From: Octopus bimaculoides
Taxonomy: Eukaryota
NCBI RefSeq assembly: GCF_001194135.2
Contig: NC_068986.1
Span: forward strand, 35,912,429-35,958,747
Reading direction: 5' to 3'
DNA: 46,319 nt
The notes under the pieces were generated by a model. The model searched no databases. It was given only the letters and a program-made list of their open reading frames with translations, and was not told where the DNA came from. Position numbers and translations under genes: made by a program. Shown in pieces: positions 38,964-46,319 of this stretch. Numbering within the stretch: the stretch's first letter is position 1; each line of letters begins with the position of its first letter.

Positions 38964-40447
38964 TACCTTCCTACAGTAACACAAACTTCGCATTTTAATA
39001 CTGAACTTCTTAACTCTGCAGTTCTACTTGGAACGCTATAATATTTAGGATCAGGGCAGAGTTTACTTAGATCGCCATACCACATACCAACTTTAACTCT
39101 TTTTTTTTTTTTTTTTTTTTACTTCAATGTAAATCCCTTCCAACCATTTAATAATAGAGAAAGCTGTTAACTTAATTCACTTTTAATTCAAAAGTATTAC
39201 ATGGAGTGTCACAATTTTTGTCAAAAGAGTAACCTGGTCTATGACACAGTTACACATCAGCAATTGAACTGTGGAAGTGACAAGGTTTCAGGTGTGCAAC
39301 AAAAATGTTGAAACCTCATTACATAACCGTCAATCATAAGTAAATTTAATAGCTTTGAATGTTATTAAATCGCTAGTAGAATGATTCTTACAAGATGCTG
39401 AGGATTTAATTTCATCAGTTTCAGATGATATGACATTTAAGATGAGTACATCTCCAATATTTTCTGTCAAAATCCTTCAATTTATCTCTGGATTATTTCT
39501 TATTATGCAATGCCGTTCTATCCTCCTTTCTACATACTTTCCGTTACCGTTTCACTTGCCTTCAGTTTGACCCCCATTTGTATTTTCTTCCACCCCATTA
39601 TTTGGTAGTTTACGTTTATAACATTTTTCTTCCTCGACTCTTCATTATAGTAGCCAGTCGATTGGAACATCAATAGCTGAGATAAATTTTCAGACTAGAC
39701 TACAGGAATTTACAAAGGAGAATATCTACCAGATTTCTCCATAGCCAATCTAATCCAAATACACATTTTAGTCTTTTGTTTCCCCATACATATTTACTCA
39801 TATTTATTAACCCATACCATATATATCTATGTCTAAATCTCTCGTCCTTCCAGTTTCAATATCTCTGTCCATTGAGTCATTTCTTCAGTTTTCGTCCATT
39901 AACTATTACCATATCTAAACAAGATAACGATGAAGATAAATTCATAAAGCATTTAAGACATACTTTCTTGTCCCCATTTGAATGCCATAAATCCAGGGAG
40001 GGATCTCTTCGAGTTATCAGCAAAAAAGAAAATTTGACAAGTGTTTCTTCGGTTAAACGTTTAAGAATCGATGAGTTCTAAACATGTTTTGAATGATGAA
40101 TTGACTCGATAAATACTAAGCAAGATATAATGGAAAACTAACTGGAGAATTTTCGAATTGTATGTTGCTAAAATAGTTTTACTGAAATAATACCAAGATC
40201 ATGCGAAACTCAATCTTGCTACTAATAACTGTCTTTTGTTATAATGTTTAAACATGTCTATAGATAAATAGGACAATGAAAGACTACAGAGACGCATATA
40301 CACAAGCATAATTTATAAGTTCATTCAACTTCTGACACTTAGAAGACTGGTTTTGTTTTTTTCGAACAACAAAACCAACATGACTGGAGAGAGTTTAGGA
40401 CTGAATAAAGAAATATTTCCACCCAGTCGCATGCTATAGCGTAATTC

Positions 40448-40464
40448 GTGTGTGTGTGTGTGAG

Positions 40465-40506
<42 letters not shown>

Positions 40507-40654
40507 GGCGTATATGTCTTTTGTGAATATATATATATATATATATAAGATAAACTTGGAAATAGATGCGTGGCGTTCAATCAAATAATAATATAAATAA
40601 TATATGTATATATGCCTTTAGATATATATGTACACACACACAAACACACACACA

Positions 40655-40696
<42 letters not shown>
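40448..40696. repeat. (TG)n and (CA)n arrays in inverted arrangement
   Basis: (TG)n at 40448-40502, (CA)n at 40632-40696. Confidence 0.95.
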
Positions 40697-40709
<13 letters not shown>

Positions 40710-41081
40710 GCATATTTGGGTACATGACGTCACAAACCGTAAACAGCATGAAATACGAAAACAAAAGAGTTGAGTACATAAGCAACTAGAGAAGCAAAGG
40801 GAAAACAGGACAAGTAACATAAATAACGACATTCCATCAGTTGTCGTTCTATCTTTCCTGCTGTCAAAGAGAATATGTCTCCAGCGTTCGCTATTTAACC
40901 TCGCTCGGTTTCCTTGTATGTCTCCACTGTCATGTTAGCAACTTTCACTCTCCGCAAATCCTAAATTTTATTTTGGTTTACGAGAGCAACCGCCCTTCCA
41001 AGACTCATATTGTCGTTCATTGATCGAAATGAGAAGTACATGGACAGCCGACAACTGGAAATATATATATATGTGTATATA

Positions 41082-41357
41082 TACTCTTTTACTCTTTTAC
41101 TTGTTTCAGTCATTTGACTGAGCACCACCTTTTAGTCGAGCAAATTAACCCCAGGACTTATTCTTTGTAAGCCTAGTACTTATTCTATCAGTCTCTTTTT
41201 GCCGAACCGCTAAGTTACGGGGACGTAAACACTCCAGCATCAGATGTCAAGCGAGGCTATAGTAGAAGACACTTGCCCAAGGTGCCACGCAGTGGGACTG
41301 AACCCGGAACCATGTGGTTGGCAAGAAAGCTACTTACCATACAGCCACTCCTGCGCC
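41082..41357 (-). mobile_element. Young family A SINE with internal deletion of about 125 bp and (AAAGAGT)n-like tail
   Basis: Reverse complement matches the 20787 copy on both sides of the junction ATAGCC-TCG-CTTGACA. The tail reads tactcttttactcttttact on the plus strand. Confidence 0.88.
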
Positions 41358-41994
41358 TATATATGTATATATATGGTGAAACAAAATACCATAATTGCAA
41401 TGTGCGAAACTTTTGACCCTGAGGCTTTAATTGACAATAAAGAAATTGAATATATACAAACATGCATGCATGTGCATATATACAGATGCACATATACGCG
41501 TATATATGCATATAGAATCATGCCTGTATTCACGTACATATAAATATAAGTATACATATTTGGATATATATATGTGTGTGTGTTTGTGTACATATATATA
41601 TANNNNNNNNNNNNNNNNNNNNNNNNNNNNNNNNNNNNNNNNNNNNNNNNNNNNNNNNNNNNNNNNNNNNNNNNNNNNNNNNNNNNNNNNNNNNNNNNNN
41701 NNNNNNNNNNNNNNNNNNNNNNNNNNNNNNNNNNNNNNNNNNNNNNNNNNNNNNNNNNNNNNNNNNNNNNNNNNNNNNNNNNNNNNNNNNNNNNNNNNNN
41801 NNNNNNNNNNNNNNNNNNNNNNNNNNNNNNNNNNNNNNNNNNNNNNNNNNNNNNNNNNNNNNNNNNNNNNNNNNNNNNNNNNNNNNNNNNNNNNNNNNNN
41901 NNNNNNNNNNNNNNNNNNNNNNNNNNNNNNNNNNNNNNNNNNNNNNNNNNNNNNNNNNNNNNNNNNNNNNNNNNNNNNNNNNNATACTGCATAT

Positions 41995-42114
41995 TTACGA
42001 CGAAGGGTTTGGTCAGCCCGAGGATATAGTAGAAGGCCCTTGGCCAAAGTACCACTCACTGGGACTGAATCCAGAACCATGTGGTTGGGAAGCAAACTTC
42101 TTACCACACAGCCA
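41995..42114 (-). mobile_element. Family A SINE 5' fragment
   Basis: ...cccgaggatatagtagaagg...gggactgaatccagaaccatgtggttgggaagcaaacttcttaccacacagcca. Confidence 0.8.
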
Positions 42115-42679
42115 TTTATGTATGTATGTATGTATGCATGTATGCATGTATGTATGTATGTATGTATGTATGTATCTGCCTACCTATCTATCTAACTTTG
42201 TTCGTGTGTGTGGGTGTTTGCGCGTGTAATACAAATCTACTCATTCCACAGCATGTTACCAAGGAGACTATACCTTGACCGCGTGATGCTGACGTGCTGT
42301 CTCTTCATTATTTTCTCCTTTGTCCTTTTATTTTCCTTTCTTCTTTTGTTTGAAGAAGAGCTTTCGTCTTTTTGTTCTTTGCAGCGTTAAAGTAATATTA
42401 TAACTTTCTATTTCTGTTTTCCGTATATAAGCAGTTTTCCCTATTTGACTTATTTCCTTCTTTTTTAGTGACACTATCCCCCAAATCACGCACCCTCACC
42501 AATACTCACATTATTGACTCTGTAAGAATGATGTGAGACTCTAATGTGGTATAATATTATTTGAATTTGGGTCATAAGTTCCGTAAGCTATTAACCATTT
42601 TTTCTGGATTTAGCATACAGTTCCCTAATAGTTACGATGGTAGAAAATACCTCTGTAGTTTCTCATGTTATAATTCTTT

Positions 42680-43272
42680 CTGAAATTTTGGCGGGAGGGA
42701 GCTAGTCTTATTCTGAACAGAACCCAATGCGTAACTGGTACTTATTTTAACAACTCCGAAAAGATGAAAGGCAGAATAGAACTTGACAAAATTTCAACTC
42801 GGAACGTAGAGACGGACGAAATTTCGCTAAGCATTTTAGCCGGTGTGCTAAAGTTTCTATCAGCACACTGCTTAAGTTTCGCATTAAAGGAAATAATGGT
42901 TTCAAATTTTAGCACGAAACAAACAGTTAGTCTTTTATATTAACTCAGTATTTGGTTAGTTGCTATTTCATCGACCCCTAAAGAATTAAAGGTCAAGTCA
43001 ACTACGTCGGGATTTGATCTCAGGACTTAACTAGCCAAAAAAAATGCTGCAAAATATTTTCCCCACATACTAATGATTCTATCGGCTTAATTTACGGCTT
43101 AAAATTTTGGTATAATGTTAACATTTCAGGAAGGAGTGTGAAACGATCGCATCGGCCCCAAGGCTCAACTAGTTCTTCTTTTATCAACCCCGAAAAAATG
43201 AATGTAAAAAGCCGGAAGAAATACCAATATACATTTTGTTCGATGTGCTAACAATTTTGCCAGCACGCCGCC
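42680..43272 (-). mobile_element. Three head-to-tail diverged family B SINE copies (about 42680-42872, 42900-43080, 43098-43272)
   Basis: Each unit starts with aaattttg/agc and carries ttttatcaaccccgaaa/ttcatcgacccctaaag. Two end with gtgctaa...tatcagcac/gccagcacgccgcc. Confidence 0.65.
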
Positions 43273-44509
43273 TTTGCAGTATTAGGTGGAAAATGAGGAT
43301 ATGGAAATTAATTATATTAATTACTTTTAATTAGCGATTTTAGCTGGATGAAGCAGTAAAATTTCAGCATCATATTCTATTTCTCTTCACTTAATGCAAT
43401 TAAAGCCAATCTCATTACATGTGTGGGTTTTCTGTTCATGTTGACATATGCAATTATTCTTTCGCAGACGTTACCGTCCTGCATATTTCTTAACACCGAA
43501 TACTTCCATTTGTCGAATGTGGTGCATCAAGTGTATTTAATCGATGATTTTCGTCCAGTTTTATCAAATGGTTCTTTATGCATGCATTACATATAAATCA
43601 TCTATCTGTAAATATTTAAAAAAAATATTCTTTCTTTCTGTTATGTTACTGTCTATGCCAATATCGATTGAATGTGTTATTGAGTTTTCTGAAAGCTGAG
43701 ATACGATCAACCTATTTTTCAGCAACAGTTTTAATACTCATAATCAACCCAAGAATAGCACGACTCACTCTGATACCATTTATTTCTTTCGTTTTAAATT
43801 GCAAATTATAGACGTATAATTTCCAAGAAATTTCTCGCTTGACCATTAATGTGCACCGCTATCACGAGTACTAACGTCCGACATATTCAACAACTAATGC
43901 ATTAAATTCCACAGTTTTGTACGTCTTGATTATATAATTAAAAATCTAGTAAATCTAAATTTTATACCATTAATTCCTACAAAAGATATTCTGCCAGAAA
44001 TTTGTTATGCTTTTATTAGATTATTCCGATATATGAGAGCCACAGAGAAAATATCAAAAGCAAGTGAGTTGCATGAAAATCAGAATAATTTAGAGTAAAA
44101 TGATACGTAATAGAAGTAAGAATTATACGGAAAAACTAATTTAGAGACACGAAAGACGAAGAAAAATAGAAATATCTTCACGCGAATAATTATAAAGCAA
44201 TTCAATCTGTTTTCAAATATCGGCGGTAGATATAATATTTCAGAATACACTGAAAAACTAGAAACAGTTTGCTTTGGTGTTTATGTTAATTTGCATATTG
44301 TGTTAATTTACATATTGCTCGTTAGTTGTTTTAATACGGAAAAGACAAAGACAAAACAACGGAAATTTTAATGAAGTTTTCAACAATTTATTCTCTCTTT
44401 CTCCCTCTCTCTCCCTCTTACTCTCTCTCTCTATCTGCCTCTCTTTCTATCAGTCTGTCTGTCTGTCTCTGGTTAATACAGAGAATAAAAAAGCAAAAAT
44501 ATAACTCAC

Positions 44510-44774
44510 AATCTGAAGCGCTCGTTCCACACTGGATTTAAAGTGTTCTTTTTAACATTGGTCGTCCGTATAAGCTTCGCTGGCAAGAGGTCTCTAACAG
44601 CTTGCTGCTTATCTTTCTTCTTGTGCAAGCTACTCGTCGAAAACTTTTTCAGTCCTTTCTTATCTCGATATCGTGGGCTCTCGTCGTCCGGATAGGAGGA
44701 AGTGGATTCGCTAGACGAATAGTCAACTGGACAGCTGGGCATAATTCCAAGCATGCAAAACGGGTCACTGTATC
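44510..44774 (-). CDS. BAIAP3: Internal coding exon (265 nt, phase 1 to phase 2) of a BAIAP3/Munc13-4-family protein, C2A domain with insert
   Basis: Minus strand reads ttttag|GA TAC AGT GAC CCG TTT TGC ATG CTT GGA = (G)YSDPFCMLGIMP...LLPAKLIRTTNVKKNTLNPVWNERFR and ends AGA TT|gtgagt. It matches my recollection of BAIAP3 C2A (GFSDPYCMLGI...LPAKCIQVTEVKSSTLNPVWKEHF). Both splice sites are canonical. Orthology (BAIAP3 vs UNC13D) needs a phylogeny. Confidence 0.9.
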
Positions 44775-45819
44775 CTAAAAGAGTTTAGAAAGAAAGGAAA
44801 ATTTTAAAACTTTCAGATTTGAAAAGAAAATACTTTTCTAAAGCACAGGGGGAGATATGAAAGTTTTCATGCGAAAACTAATGGTAATAACAACGTTGTT
44901 AGGGACCATAAACAATCAAATTTCGATACACATGAGCTATTTTTCCGAGACGTTCTGGAATATTCCAGGTATTTCTTTCCTGTAGCTGCTGTAGTTCCTG
45001 TGGGACTTTGTAAATTTGTTTTGTGGTCCTAAACTACATTTACCGCGAGCTAGGTACATTAACCTGGCTACATTGAAGTAACCTATAATCTATGCTAGTT
45101 AGAAAATGTATATAAAAAATGCTATCGTGCATCTATGGCATCAAAGTTTAGAATATGGGATCAAGGCCTTTTTTGTAAATATTCATAGTTTAACGGAAAT
45201 AAAATCTAATACCTTATTCGGAGAACATTTTAAATTTTGCATTGAAATAATATGAAAGAATTCCTTGATATTGAGACATTTATATTAAGCACAACAATAT
45301 TGATAAAATTAGAAAATCTGAAATACTCGAGGCCTGTTATTAAAGTTATGGATATAAAGCTTTGTAAAATTCATGTACAAAGCTAGCTTGAAAACGTTAT
45401 CAATTACCAATATATTTTTGGATAATATTTCGTCGATATAACTAAACTTTTCATATAACTGAATAAATTGAGGTTAGGAGGCGAAGGCATGGCCAGTCAG
45501 TGAAAACGTTTGTGTCTCAAATACGTGGTTGTGTGTGCGAATGCACATCTTGGAGCATGTACCTTTTACAATAATTGTGTGTTGAACAAAAATTTCAAAA
45601 TTTGTCCTAATTTCGAGAATTACATCAGAAGTTTGTGTGTGCGTTATATGTTGTCTATATCAGTGTAAACTGTATTTGAAAATGCGTACATATTAACTAT
45701 TTCATAACCAGAAACTGTATCAAATTCTTACATAACTGACATCTAGTTGAAGTTATTGCTGAGGGTGTCTGGAACGGGCAAAAGGCTTTTAATACTTCAA
45801 TGATATTTCCATTAGAAAG

Positions 45820-46189
45820 TCTGCGGCCATACTGAAGGCTCACCTTGAATATTTTAGTCGATTGGAGGCATTTTAGTTGAGGCATTTCATATAATTTTCG
45901 CCAACTTTTGATGAAGCAGCTCAGCAACAACAAAAAGTGAAAGAAAAGCTAAGAGTGAAAGATATTGAACTAAACGATTATTTAATTAGAATCAGGGTTA
46001 AACGAATATTAGTTTGAAATCTGCGAGGAACAAATCGAGCCCAGTAATTGTTTATAATACATTTTCTAAAACAAAGCCTGGTATTTATTCTAGGTATTCC
46101 TTTTGCTGAACTCCTATTTTGCGAGAAGGTTGTCAAGTGGTATTGAGAGACAAACACAGATACAAGGACAGACACACAAACAAACAGAA

Positions 46190-46190
<1 letters not shown>
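45820..46190 (-). mobile_element. Old family A SINE 3' portions (interrupted)
   Basis: ctgcggccatactgaaggctcacc (tail) and cctggtatttattc...ttttgctgaac...ggttgtcaagtgg...gagacaaacacagatac resemble the reverse complement of the 3' half of the family. Confidence 0.55.
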
Positions 46191-46247
<57 letters not shown>

Positions 46248-46248
46248 T

Positions 46249-46319
46249 ATGAACTACAGGGAGCGACTGCAGGCACTAAGTCTCTACTCCCTGGAACTCA
46301 GGCGGGAGAGATATGTAAT
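46249..46319 (+). mobile_element. LINE RT C-terminal fragment, continues past window end
   Basis: Translates as MNYRERLQALSLYSLELRRERYV, typical of the YxERLxxLxLYSLERRRERY motif of CR1/L2-group ORF2. Confidence 0.75.

Noticed and set aside
39900-40030. Minus-strand DPSLDLWHSNGDKK|gtatgt as a paralogous LDIW exon
   Set aside because: No good acceptor, wrong phase and poor similarity to the C2 strand.
40740-41060. Partial inverted cagttgtcg...cgacaactg, possibly a Penelope-like or MITE end
   Set aside because: Only about 9 bp match and no ORF or TSD; cannot be classified without a repeat library.

Overview
AT-rich, microsatellite-dense animal genomic DNA with 8 assembly gaps. The repeat families point to an octopus (inference, no search run). 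Almost the whole window is intronic sequence of a minus-strand BAIAP3/Munc13-4 (unc-13-4)-family gene. Only two coding exons were found: 44774-44510 and a 45-nt exon at 16797-16753. They are joined across a 27.7-kb intron and encode the middle of the C2A domain (G-YSDPFCMLGI...KKNTLNPVWNERFR-F-DLDDINADCLHLDI-W). The flanking exons lie outside the window or in gaps. The introns hold a full-length but frameshifted mariner, two SINE families, LINE fragments, a Tc1 remnant, a Helentron-like non-autonomous element and many simple repeats. No prokaryotic-type system, CRISPR array or RNA gene is supported, and I cannot support a clearly new biological system. The best leads are the frame-symmetric 45-nt exon carrying a C2 Asp ligand, fold-back and inverted repeats that could form ADAR substrates, and candidate antisense exons.
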